Below, in pieces: positions 1-8,154 of a DNA stretch of 20,669 bases. The notes beneath the pieces were generated by a model, which searched no databases, was not told where the DNA came from, and worked only from the letters and a program-made list of their open reading frames with translations. Position numbers and translations under genes: made by a program. Position 1 is the first letter of the stretch. The number at the start of each line of letters is the position of its first letter. The stretch is from an uncultured archaeon. Lineage in GTDB: Archaea; Altiarchaeota; Altiarchaeia; IMC4; SCGC-AAA252-I15. The stretch spans positions 1-20,669 of the forward strand of contig CABMCB010000021.1 in the NCBI GenBank assembly GCA_902384455.1, read 5' to 3'.

Positions 1-523
1 CTGCCGTTTTAACGGTGTCAGGGTAACTTATCGTCCACTGGAGGGCCTGCATTCCGCCCATGCTTCCGCCGGTCACGCAGAATAGCTTTTCGACCCCAAG
101 GTAATCAAGGAGCTTCTTTTGGGCGGCAACCATGTCGCGGATGGTGATTGTCGGAAAATCAAGGCCGTAGGGTTTCTTTGTTTTTGGGTTGATTGAGGAC
201 GGGCCTGTCGTGCCTTTGCATCCTCCTATTACGTTTGAGCAGATGACGTAGTGTTTGTTTGTGTCGAACGTTTTTCCCGGTCCGACTGCTATGTCGTACC
301 ACCCGTTTTTGCGGCTGTTTTTGTTGTGTTTGCCTGCGGCGTGGGCGTCGCCGGAGAGTGCGTGGCATATCAATACTGCGTTGTCTTTGTTTTCGTTCAG
401 TTTGCCGTATGTTTCGTACGCAATTCTGACGGGCGAGATTTTTTCTCCGCTATCCAGCTTAAGCTCATCGAAAGTCACATACTTCGTCTTCACGACGCCA
501 ACTGAATTGTCTTTCTTGGCCAT
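1..523 (-). CDS. metX: Homoserine O-acetyltransferase (alpha/beta-hydrolase fold), N-terminal part; runs off the left edge
   Basis: Not in the ORF track. Manual translation from ATG at 523 gives [64 protein letters not shown]...[18 protein letters not shown]...[10 protein letters not shown]...[13 protein letters not shown]. This contains the MetX motifs AYETYG, CHALSGD and the GGSMGG nucleophile elbow. GAGGAG lies upstream, and the gene is directly downstream of metY. Confidence 0.95.
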   Translation of the reverse strand, partial: MAKKDNSVGVVKTKYVTFDELKLDSGEKISPVRIAYETYGKLNENKDNAVLICHALSGDAHAAGKHNKNSRKNGWYDIAVGPGKTFDTNKHYVICSNVIGGCKGTTGPSSINPKTKKPYGLDFPTITIRDMVAAQKKLLDYLGVEKLFCVTGGSMGGMQALQWTISYPDTVKTA

Positions 524-585
524 TGCGCTTATGCTCCTCTATATTTTTTTTTCAGGCAGAAAAACTTTAGTGTCTGCCAGTTATC

Positions 586-1887
586 TTACCTTTTTGTCGC
601 CTTCTTCAACGCTTGGTCAATGTCCTCTCTTATGTCGTCTATGTGCTCAAGGCCGATTGATAGCCGCACGAGGTTTGGTGTTATGCCGCCTGCAAGTTGC
701 TGCTCTTCTGTCAGCTGGCTGTGGGTTGTGGTTGCCGGGTGTATTGCGAGGCTTTTGGCGTCGCCTACGTTTGCCAGGTGAGAGAATAGTTCGAGCGACT
801 CTATGAATTTTCTTCCCGCATCCTTGCCGCCCTTGATTCCAAACACCACCGTTCCCCCGTAGCCTTTCTTCAGGTACTTCTTGGCGTTGTCGTAAGTAGG
901 GTGAGTGTCGAGGCCTGGGTAGCGTACCCATTCGACTGCGTCGTTGCTTTCAAGGTGCTCTGCGGTCGCCTGAGCGTTCTTGCAGTGTCTTTCCATCCTA
1001 AGGGGCAGGGTTTCCAGTCCCTGCAGGAATATCCATGAGTTGTCGGGGCTTATGCATGCTCCTAGGTTCCTAAGCGGAACCAGGCGGGCTCTGAGTATGT
1101 ACGCCAGAGGCGTTAGGGGTCCGAGGTCGTGGGCGTATCTTATTCCGTGGTAGCTTTCGTCTGGTTCGGTTAGCAGCGGGTGTTTCTTGGATTTTGCCCA
1201 GTCGAATTTTCCTCCGTCCACTATTGCGCCTCCTATCGCTGTTCCGTGGCCTCCTATCCACTTGGTGAGGGAGTGGACTACTACGTCTGCGCCGTGTTCT
1301 ATGGGGTGCAGTAGGTGTGGGGTGGTGAACGTGCTGTCTACGATGAAGGGGAGGCCGTTGTCGTGGGCTATGTCTGCTATTTGTTTGAAGTCTGGTACGT
1401 TTAGTGCTGGGTTGCCTATTGTTTCTGCGTAGAGTGCTTTGGTTTTTGTGTTGATTGCTTTTTTGTAGTTGTTTGGGTTTGTGGGGTCTATGAAGTTTGT
1501 TTTGATTCCTAGGTCTGGGAGTATGTTGTTGAATTGGGTGTATGTTCCGCCGTATAGGTCGTTGGCTGAGACTATTTCGTCTCCTGCGCGCGCAAGGTTT
1601 ATTATGCTGTAGAATATGGCGGCGGTTCCTGAGGCGACTGCTAGGCTGCCTACTCCTCCTTCGAGTTCTGCTAGCCGTTTTTCTAGTACGTCTGTGGTGG
1701 GGTTCATCAGGCGTGTGTATATGTTGCCCAGTTCCTTTAGGCCGAATAGGTTTGCTGCGTGTTGTGCGTCTTTGAATACGTAGCTGCTTGTCCGGTATAT
1801 TGGCACTGCCCGTGAGAGTGTTGTGGGGTCTGGTGTTTGTCCGGCGTGGAGTGCTTTTGTTTCTTGTTTGTATTTTTTGTTTGTCAT
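586..1887 (-). CDS. metY: O-acetylhomoserine sulfhydrylase / aminocarboxypropyltransferase (PLP-dependent, Cys/Met metabolism family)
   Basis: Motifs include GNIYTRLMNPT, LYGGT, HSLTKWIGGHG (PLP lysine), HLANVGDAKSL, HPATTTHSQL and RLSIGLE. Start moved from 1920 to ATG 1887 (MTNKKYKQETKALHAGQ) because GGAGG lies at 1899-1903 on the minus strand. Confidence 0.95.
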   Translation of the reverse strand: MTNKKYKQETKALHAGQTPDPTTLSRAVPIYRTSSYVFKDAQHAANLFGLKELGNIYTRLMNPTTDVLEKRLAELEGGVGSLAVASGTAAIFYSIINLARAGDEIVSANDLYGGTYTQFNNILPDLGIKTNFIDPTNPNNYKKAINTKTKALYAETIGNPALNVPDFKQIADIAHDNGLPFIVDSTFTTPHLLHPIEHGADVVVHSLTKWIGGHGTAIGGAIVDGGKFDWAKSKKHPLLTEPDESYHGIRYAHDLGPLTPLAYILRARLVPLRNLGACISPDNSWIFLQGLETLPLRMERHCKNAQATAEHLESNDAVEWVRYPGLDTHPTYDNAKKYLKKGYGGTVVFGIKGGKDAGRKFIESLELFSHLANVGDAKSLAIHPATTTHSQLTEEQQLAGGITPNLVRLSIGLEHIDDIREDIDQALKKATKR

Positions 1888-1920
1888 GTTGTTTTTTTCC
1901 TCCGTTGACAAAAACATCAT

Positions 1921-1990
1921 TATTACTATTTAAATATTTATCGGAAAAAAATATGCATAAAATCATAATTATTACTGAAAAAATAAAAAA
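1921..1990 (-). promoter_or_regulatory. AT-rich promoter region of the metY-metX operon; TATA-like palindrome TATTTAAATA at 1927-1936
   Basis: AT-rich intergenic stretch with a TTTAAATA box ~40 nt upstream of the metY start codon. Confidence 0.5.
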
Positions 1991-2051
1991 CACGCACCGC
2001 AAGCAACGTAAAACGCAGAAAAGCGCAAGAAACAGCAAAACCCGCAGTAAC

Positions 2052-2240
2052 TTACTGAACAGCAGGCTTAACCGCGCACTTACCACCCAAGCATGCGCAA
2101 CTCCCCCTACCGCAATCCAAGGGGCCTTCACAGTTTTGAGTGCAAAACAGGTTGCATACCCTGTCGTAATGCTTAACGCAGGTTGCGGGGTGGCAGCAGG
2201 AAGAAGTCATGCAGTCCTCGTCCACCAAGCATTCCCGCAC
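2052..2240 (-). CDS. Small 12-cysteine domain (CxxDxDC...CCHP...CxC...GKC), probably a 5'-truncated secreted or membrane protein
   Basis: 12 Cys in 62 aa with a regular disulfide-type spacing. It has only a GTG start, with no clear signal peptide or RBS, and abuts the receiver-domain remnant. Confidence 0.6.
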   Translation of the reverse strand: MRECLVDEDCMTSSCCHPATCVKHYDRVCNLFCTQNCEGPLDCGRGSCACLGGKCAVKPAVQ

Positions 2241-2443
2241 GGCATTACGGCCGCTGAATGATAACCCAAGACCAACAACACCAGAACATACCAGTAATAT
2301 TCGTCACGGTAGTTGACGACCAAGTAGCCGCAAAAGAATTCAACAACATGACCCAAGCCGTATGGCTCACCAAACCCTTTAAGGAAGAAGAACTACTTGA
2401 GAAAATAGAAAAACTGCTAAAACAAAAGCAGACCCAAAAATAA
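2241..2443 (+). pseudogene. C-terminal half of a CheY-like response-regulator receiver domain
   Basis: IPVIFVT (beta4 Thr) and WLTKPFKEEELLEKIEKLL (conserved KP, helix 5) are present. The preceding GITAAE is in another frame (GAATG, one base short of GAA ATG). No beta1-beta3 segment or phospho-acceptor Asp is found upstream. Confidence 0.7.
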
Positions 2444-2539
2444 GGTAGTTACGCGGCCGAAATCGATTTAAGCAACAAAAACCAGATAAAACACCCGGAA
2501 ATTCATCAAAAAGCAGGCCGAACAAAAAAGCGCCATTAA

Positions 2540-2622
2540 GCGGGGGTTCCCAAGCGGCCAAAGGGGCGGGGCTCAAGACCTCGTGTCGTAGGACTTCGTG
2601 GGTTCAAATCCCTCCCCCCGCA
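2540..2622 (+). tRNA. tRNA-Leu(CAA)
   Basis: Acceptor stem GCGGGGG/CCCCCGC with discriminator A; anticodon arm CGGGG-CTCAAGA-CCTCG (CAA at 2574-2576); long variable arm GTC-GTAG-GAC; T loop TTCAAAT. No intron and no encoded CCA. Confidence 0.95.
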
Positions 2623-2758
2623 AAGACCCTTTTCTTTCTTAAAAAGAAAGAAAAGTGTTCTATCCCAAAAGAAAGAACAATCAAAACAGACTTGAGGGAA
2701 GTGGGTTGATAAGGGGAAACCGTAGGTTTCCAATTATGTTCAAATCCCTCCCCCCGCA
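2623..2758. mobile_element. Putative miniature tRNA-integrated element or integration scar (136 bp including the distal repeat)
   Basis: Bounded by an exact 21-bp direct repeat (2602-2622 = 2738-2758). It contains two perfect hairpins (2629-2655 and 2715-2731) and no credible ORF. Confidence 0.55.
2738..2758 (+). repeat. Exact 21-bp duplicate of the tRNA-Leu(CAA) 3' end (att-like)
   Basis: GTTCAAATCCCTCCCCCCGCA occurs at both 2602-2622 and 2738-2758. Confidence 0.95.
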
Positions 2759-3778
2759 TTATTCACTATTCAAAACCTGTCTTAGTGCGCGTTTCCTTCG
2801 AATTCTCGAGTGAACATAAATTCGTCCCTCTTCGTCGAACCCTTCAATAATGCTTCGGATTCTTGATGCTTCCTCTTGGACTTTTTCTGTAGACTCCTCA
2901 ACCGGAGTTTGCTGGCGCGAATCAGCCTCCGCGTCAGGTGCCGCACCCATAAAATCATCTCCTATGTCTAAGCCGCGCCTAAACGGAATTATACGCTGCC
3001 ATATGCTGCGGCCTATGCGGCGTATGTTGTCGGAGCGCTCTAATTTTTCACGTATTCTAAGTAGCCTAACTTCTCTGCCGAGAGTGAATACTGCATCCTC
3101 TAATTCGAATGCCCTGCTTATTTCCTCCTGAGATACTTCTTCCGTTTTTTTGTAGCGGAAGCGGGTGAAGAGGTCTGGGTTAAGCCCATCCCCCCTTAAG
3201 CCGAAAAGCCGGGGGAACATTAATCCTTCATCCGAGACTATTGTTCCGCCTGCTGGTACTGAAGTCATTAGTCTTGTTCTCCATTCATTTGGCAGCCTGT
3301 GTGATTCATGTCCTCCCCGGATTATCCCAAATTGCTGGTTGATTACAAGGTCGAAATTTTCCGGGATTACGTCTATTGCATCCACTTGATAATGATACGT
3401 AAGCGTTCTTTTTTCGGTTTCTCCATGCTTTGAGAAAACTACTCTAATCACCTTATCACCAGAGTTGTTCCCCGATTCTTCCCCGTAAACCCGTAAGCCA
3501 CTGTCTTGCATTTGCTTTAAGATTGCCGGATATTCACCACTCAAATCAGCCCTATCAGCAAAAACATACTCACGGGCGTTATACGCCAAAGCATTAAAGT
3601 TGAGGCCTGCTCCCGGATAAAACAACCGGTCATATCTCCTTGAACGCATGATGCCGCTTAAGGCCCTAAATAATCTTTCTTCAGTAAGCAGAGGATCTAG
3701 GATTATTTCAGGCAAATCAAACAGAGTGGGAATTTCAATCCTCTTTGGGGGCGGATTCTCCTGCTGACTGTCTCTCAT
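2759..3778 (-). CDS. Hypothetical protein, 339 aa; possible degenerate class I SAM-methyltransferase-like fold
   Basis: Long ORF with a TATAAA box ~27-32 nt upstream. RLFYPGAGLN followed by YVFAD and a later FDLVI resemble Rossmann methyltransferase motifs, but the resemblance is weak. Confidence 0.7.
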   Translation of the reverse strand: MRDSQQENPPPKRIEIPTLFDLPEIILDPLLTEERLFRALSGIMRSRRYDRLFYPGAGLNFNALAYNAREYVFADRADLSGEYPAILKQMQDSGLRVYGEESGNNSGDKVIRVVFSKHGETEKRTLTYHYQVDAIDVIPENFDLVINQQFGIIRGGHESHRLPNEWRTRLMTSVPAGGTIVSDEGLMFPRLFGLRGDGLNPDLFTRFRYKKTEEVSQEEISRAFELEDAVFTLGREVRLLRIREKLERSDNIRRIGRSIWQRIIPFRRGLDIGDDFMGAAPDAEADSRQQTPVEESTEKVQEEASRIRSIIEGFDEEGRIYVHSRIRRKRALRQVLNSE

Positions 3779-3876
3779 AACTAAATTATCGGAATTCCGA
3801 AGCGTTTATACCCAAAATTTCCGTCAACTTACCTGTTTCTTCCTCTTTTTAGCATCCCCTCCCTTTTTGAAACAAG

Positions 3877-4632
3877 ATGAAAGCAAAATCCATTCTTCCG
3901 CTACTCATCGCAGCGGTCTTGGTCGTGTCCATTAGCGCATGCCTTGGCGGTCAGCAAACGCAGACGACGACAACGTCTTCACCGTCAAGTCCTTCCGACT
4001 CAAATACTGCGGTATCCGGAGGTTCGGAATCCCCGCAGCAAGCTACCACGACGACCGTATCAAACAACGATAATTCCGGAGGTGTGGTCGACAAAATCAA
4101 AGATTTGACTGCAGCCATAGCATCAGGCCAAGCATATCACTGCACTTACACTTACCAGGGCGTCACAAGCGAATCCTGGATTAAAGGCGAGAAATTCAAG
4201 AGCAAATCGACAGTAGACTCCAAAGTAGGCTACGCCATAAGCGACGGAGTTTGGATGTACTCTTGGGTTGACGGAGAAAAAACGGGCGTCAAATTCAACA
4301 TCGAAGACATGAAGAAGCTCGGAGACCAGCAGAAAGCCAATTCAAACAAAGAACCAGCGGACATGAACGAAATAGCCAAAACGGCAGGCAACGTAGAATG
4401 CTCCATAGCCGCAATCACAGACGGCACGTTCACTCCGCCGTCCAACATAGAGTTCTCCGACATGGGCCAACTGCTGAAGAACCTTCAAGAAAACCTAGCC
4501 GGCCTAGGAGGAAACGATAACACTCAACCCGGCGCAGGCCAGAACCCAGACTCAAATCCATGCGCCTACTGCGGCATGATACCTGACGCAAACGCAAAGC
4601 AAGATTGCCTACAAAGTTGTAATCAGGGCTGA
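3877..4632 (+). CDS. Predicted lipoprotein: lipobox, Ser/Thr linker, beta-rich core, Cys-containing C-terminal tail
   Basis: MKAKSILPLLIAAVLVVSISAC signal/lipobox, TTTTTSSPSSPS linker, and C-terminal CAYCG...CLQSC. Paralogous to 7385-8068. Confidence 0.85.
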   Translation: MKAKSILPLLIAAVLVVSISACLGGQQTQTTTTSSPSSPSDSNTAVSGGSESPQQATTTTVSNNDNSGGVVDKIKDLTAAIASGQAYHCTYTYQGVTSESWIKGEKFKSKSTVDSKVGYAISDGVWMYSWVDGEKTGVKFNIEDMKKLGDQQKANSNKEPADMNEIAKTAGNVECSIAAITDGTFTPPSNIEFSDMGQLLKNLQENLAGLGGNDNTQPGAGQNPDSNPCAYCGMIPDANAKQDCLQSCNQG

Positions 4633-4738
4633 GCAACAAAGGACGCCAAATAAGCCCGGCAGGTTCCTTAAGGGGAATTTCTTAACGCCGCATATAAACC
4701 CCCGCGCAGAGATAAAGTAAACACGTAGGGGGCATAAA

Positions 4739-7318
4739 TTGCAGCAGCCGCAAACAAAAAATCAGACGCCGGAAAACACGCAAAAACTAGCCGGCCGCCT
4801 AAGGGAATACTCCTTACTCCCTGCGGAAGAAGTTCTCAAGCAGATGGGGACAAAACGCGACGGCATAAGCGTTGCGGAAGCCCATAAGCGGCTGCTTATC
4901 CACGGCCATAACGAGGTGGTTAAGAATAAAAAGAGGGGTCTTTTAATTCAGTTTGCCGCTCATTTCGTCGATCCGTTGGTGTTGGTTTTGTTCGTTATTG
5001 CGGCTTTCTCCATCGAGCTCGGGCAGACCGTAAGCGCTCTCATCGTCAGTTTGATGGCTGTGCTTAGTGTTATTCTGTCTTTTGTGCAGGAGTACCGCGC
5101 AAGCAAGGAGGCGGAGAAGCTTACTGAGATGGTGCGTACTATGGCAACGGTCGTCAGGGACGGAAAGTCTCAGGACATTAAAATCAAGGAGATTGTTCCC
5201 GGCGACATCATAGATTTGTACGCGGGCGACATGATTCCCGCCGACCTGCGTGTTTTCTTCGCCAAAGACCTGTTCATCAACCAGTCGACTTTGACGGGCG
5301 AGTCTTTTCCCGTGGAAAAAGTCGGGGACGCAGTACAGTCAAAAGGCGATTCTCTAACTGAACTGACGAACATCGCTTTCATGGGCACAAGCGTCCAAAG
5401 CGGCACAGGTTTCGGCGTAGTAGTCCAGACCGCAGGCGAAACCCAGTTCGGCGAGCTCGCAAAAAAAGTTTCCGAAGCCCAGACAGAAACAGGATTCGAA
5501 AAAGGCATAAACGACTACGTCTGGCTCGTCGTCCGCTTCATGCTGCTAATAGTAATAGCGGTATTCGCCATAAACGCGGTGCTAAAAGGCAACGTAACAG
5601 AGGCGCTCATGTTCTCCCTCGCGGTAGCCGTAGGATTGACGCCGGAAATGCTGCCGATGTTCGTCACAGTCAACCTGTCCAAAGGCGCAATAGCCATGTC
5701 CAAAAAACAGGTGATAGTAAAACGCCTAAAATCAATCCAAAACTTCGGCGCCATGAGCGTACTATGCACCGACAAAACAGGCACACTAACGCTCGACGAA
5801 ATAGTGCTGGAACGGCACATCGGAATACAAGGCAACGAAAAAGAAGAAGTCCTACTATACTCATACCTCAACAGCTACTACCAAACCGGCCTAAAAAACC
5901 AGATGGATAAGGCTGTGCTTAAGCATGGGCACATAAAGGTCGACAAATACCGGAAGGTTGATGAGATACCTTTCGATTTTTCGCGGAAGGTTATGTCCGT
6001 CGTAGTCGAAGAAGGTGGAAAGCACCTCATAATATCCAAGGGCGCTCCGGAGGAAGTATTCAAGAAATGCGCGAAGTACGAGAAAGGCGGGGATACGTTC
6101 GACCTGAAGGAAGAAGACCTGCCGTTGGTAAGAAAATACTATGACAAACTTAGCGCCGAAGGATTCAGGGTGCTGGCTGTCGCATACAGGAAGCCAAGCG
6201 AAAAGAAAGAAGCGTACTCCAAAGCAGACGAAAAAGACTTGACGCTCAAAGGCTACATAGCATTCCTCGACCCTCCCCGGCCTACGGCAAGAAAGGCCCT
6301 GCACGCGCTCAAAAAACTTGACATAGAAGTAAAAATCATCACGGGAGACAACGACCTGGTGACAAAGAAAATTTGCGAGGAGGTGGGCCTTGAGGTTACG
6401 GGGGTGGTTGATGGGGCTCGGCTGGAGGGGATGAGCGACGAACAGCTCAAAGAGACCGTCAAGGCAACAAACGTCTTCGTCCGGATGTCGCCGCTGCAGA
6501 AAGAAAGGGTCGTCCGAGCGCTTCAGAAGAACAATCACGTCGTAGGATACTTAGGCGACGGCATAAACGACGCGCCCTCGCTAAAAGCGTCCGACGTGGG
6601 AATCTCGGTGAACAATGCCGCCGACATAGCCAAAGAATCAGCCGACATAATACTTATCGAAAAAAACCTTATGGTGCTTAAGGACGGGGTGATAGAAGGC
6701 CGCAAGACGTTCGGCAACCTCAATAAGTACATACGTATGGGTTCTAGTTCTAATTTCGGCAACATGCTTAGTATGACTGGGGCTAGCATAATCCTGCCTT
6801 TCTTGCCTATGGCGCCGATTCAGATTTTGCTTAACAACTTCCTGTATGACATGTCTCAGACTGCGATACCGACGGACGATGTTGACGAAGAATATCTGTC
6901 TAAGCCGCGTCCTTGGGACATTAAGTCAATTAAGCGGTTTATGGTATTTTTTGGGCCTATAAGCTCGCTTTTCGACTTTATGACGTTCGGCGTGTTTCTT
7001 TTCCTTAAGGCTCCTGAGCAGCTGTTTCATACCTGCTGGTTTTTGGAGTCTTTGTGCACTCAGACGCTTGTCATACACGTTATTCGGACCGGTAAAATAC
7101 CTTTCATAGAAAGCAAGCCAAGCACTCCTCTTGCTCTGACGTCGCTGTTGATAATAGCGGTGGCGTTATTCCTGCCGTACTCAATATTCGCCCCCCTGCT
7201 GGGATTCAAGTCTCCTCCTTTCGCATATCTGCTTATTATCCTTGGAATAACCGCAGCATACTTGGTGGTGGTTCAGGGGATGAAAATATGGTTCAAGAAA
7301 AAATATGGGTACGATTAA
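4739..7318 (+). CDS. mgtA: Magnesium-translocating P-type ATPase (P3B, MgtA/MgtB)
   Basis: Motifs include TGES, AVGLTPEMLP (P3B-type), DKTGTLT (phosphorylated Asp), DEIPFDF, KGAPEE, TGDN, GDGINDAP, SSNFGN, QILLNNFLYD and QTLVIHVIRT. The TTG start is uncertain. Confidence 0.95.
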   Translation: MQQPQTKNQTPENTQKLAGRLREYSLLPAEEVLKQMGTKRDGISVAEAHKRLLIHGHNEVVKNKKRGLLIQFAAHFVDPLVLVLFVIAAFSIELGQTVSALIVSLMAVLSVILSFVQEYRASKEAEKLTEMVRTMATVVRDGKSQDIKIKEIVPGDIIDLYAGDMIPADLRVFFAKDLFINQSTLTGESFPVEKVGDAVQSKGDSLTELTNIAFMGTSVQSGTGFGVVVQTAGETQFGELAKKVSEAQTETGFEKGINDYVWLVVRFMLLIVIAVFAINAVLKGNVTEALMFSLAVAVGLTPEMLPMFVTVNLSKGAIAMSKKQVIVKRLKSIQNFGAMSVLCTDKTGTLTLDEIVLERHIGIQGNEKEEVLLYSYLNSYYQTGLKNQMDKAVLKHGHIKVDKYRKVDEIPFDFSRKVMSVVVEEGGKHLIISKGAPEEVFKKCAKYEKGGDTFDLKEEDLPLVRKYYDKLSAEGFRVLAVAYRKPSEKKEAYSKADEKDLTLKGYIAFLDPPRPTARKALHALKKLDIEVKIITGDNDLVTKKICEEVGLEVTGVVDGARLEGMSDEQLKETVKATNVFVRMSPLQKERVVRALQKNNHVVGYLGDGINDAPSLKASDVGISVNNAADIAKESADIILIEKNLMVLKDGVIEGRKTFGNLNKYIRMGSSSNFGNMLSMTGASIILPFLPMAPIQILLNNFLYDMSQTAIPTDDVDEEYLSKPRPWDIKSIKRFMVFFGPISSLFDFMTFGVFLFLKAPEQLFHTCWFLESLCTQTLVIHVIRTGKIPFIESKPSTPLALTSLLIIAVALFLPYSIFAPLLGFKSPPFAYLLIILGITAAYLVVVQGMKIWFKKKYGYD

Positions 7319-7384
7319 TCCCTTAGGCAGAAGAAACGAATTATTTAACCTGCGGTTGGCTAATGAGCATACGAAATCCATAAA

Positions 7385-8068
7385 ATGAAGGGAATTCTCT
7401 CTGCACTGCTTACAGTCGCCATAGTCGTGTCAATAAGCGGATGCCTAGGAAATCAAAACAACTTCGCTGTCCTGCCCTCTTCGACCACAACCACGACGAT
7501 TTTCTACTTGCCCGCTAATCAGCCGCCTCAAACAACAACCACCACGCAATATTATGTACCGCAGAACAAAACTGAGGCCACATCAACTACCTTAAAGAAC
7601 GAGCCGGCGGTCAAGCCATCAACGACGTCAACGACTACGCCAAAAAGCAACGTCAACGTAATAACCGACATGGCCGCAGTAATTTCCTCCGGGCTGCCCT
7701 ATAAATGCAGTTTCACTTACAAAGAAGCGCGCAGCGAAGCGTGGATTGAGGGGCAACGGTATCTACTAAAATCCGACGGAAAATATTCTGTAGACTACGC
7801 ACTAAAAAGAGGGGATTGGACGTACTATTGGCGGGAAGGCGAAGAATCAGGCCAAAAAATAAGCAGCCAAGAAATACAGGCCTTATCCGAGAAATCAAAA
7901 TCCAACGGCATGGACCTATCTGCGTCAGACCCCACATACGGTGGCATACAAAGCATAGCAGAGCGGGCAAGCAACATAGAATGCGCGTTGACCGACGTGA
8001 ACGGCAGTGTGTTTAATCCACCTACGCAAATCCTGTTCCAAGACCTCGGAGACATACTACTCGACTGA
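7385..8068 (+). CDS. Predicted lipoprotein, paralog of 3877-4632
   Basis: ISGC lipobox and Thr-rich linker. The core aligns by eye with 3877-4632: AAVISSGLPYKCSFTY vs AAIASGQAYHCTYTY; SEAWIEG vs SESWIKG; NIEC...FNPPTQILFQDLG vs NVEC...FTPPSNIEFSDMG. Confidence 0.85.
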   Translation: MKGILSALLTVAIVVSISGCLGNQNNFAVLPSSTTTTTIFYLPANQPPQTTTTTQYYVPQNKTEATSTTLKNEPAVKPSTTSTTTPKSNVNVITDMAAVISSGLPYKCSFTYKEARSEAWIEGQRYLLKSDGKYSVDYALKRGDWTYYWREGEESGQKISSQEIQALSEKSKSNGMDLSASDPTYGGIQSIAERASNIECALTDVNGSVFNPPTQILFQDLGDILLD

Positions 8069-8154
8069 CTGCTCTGCGCAAACGTCAAGTAAAAGGCGAA
8101 TTTAACCTATTTTATTAGAAAAAACCCATTGCTATTCTCTTAAGAACTCTTCAT

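Noticed and set aside
544-580. GGCAGA...TCTGCC stem next to a T9 run between metY and metX as a terminator or attenuator
   Set aside because: The stem is only 6 bp, and in the direction of transcription it is followed by A's, not U's.
1888-2050. SAM riboswitch or T-box upstream of metY
   Set aside because: The region is AT-rich with a TATA box close to the start, and no recognisable conserved riboswitch core is present.
159-2261. Long alternative ORFs 255-806(+), 1070-2131(-), 1788-2261(+) and smaller ones
   Set aside because: Shadow frames of metX/metY with R/Q/P/H- or L/V/C-biased low-complexity translations caused by the AC/GT skew. Only the last ~6 codons of 1788-2261 (GITAAE) look meaningful.
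2536-2733. 65-aa minus-strand ORF (and 2379-2576)
   Set aside because: Antisense to tRNA-Leu(CAA); the translation is the typical tRNA-antisense artefact.
4633-4738. Mg2+-sensing M-box riboswitch or leader peptide upstream of mgtA
   Set aside because: Only ~105 bp, with a TATA-like CATATAAA ~45 nt before the start; too short and no matching structure.
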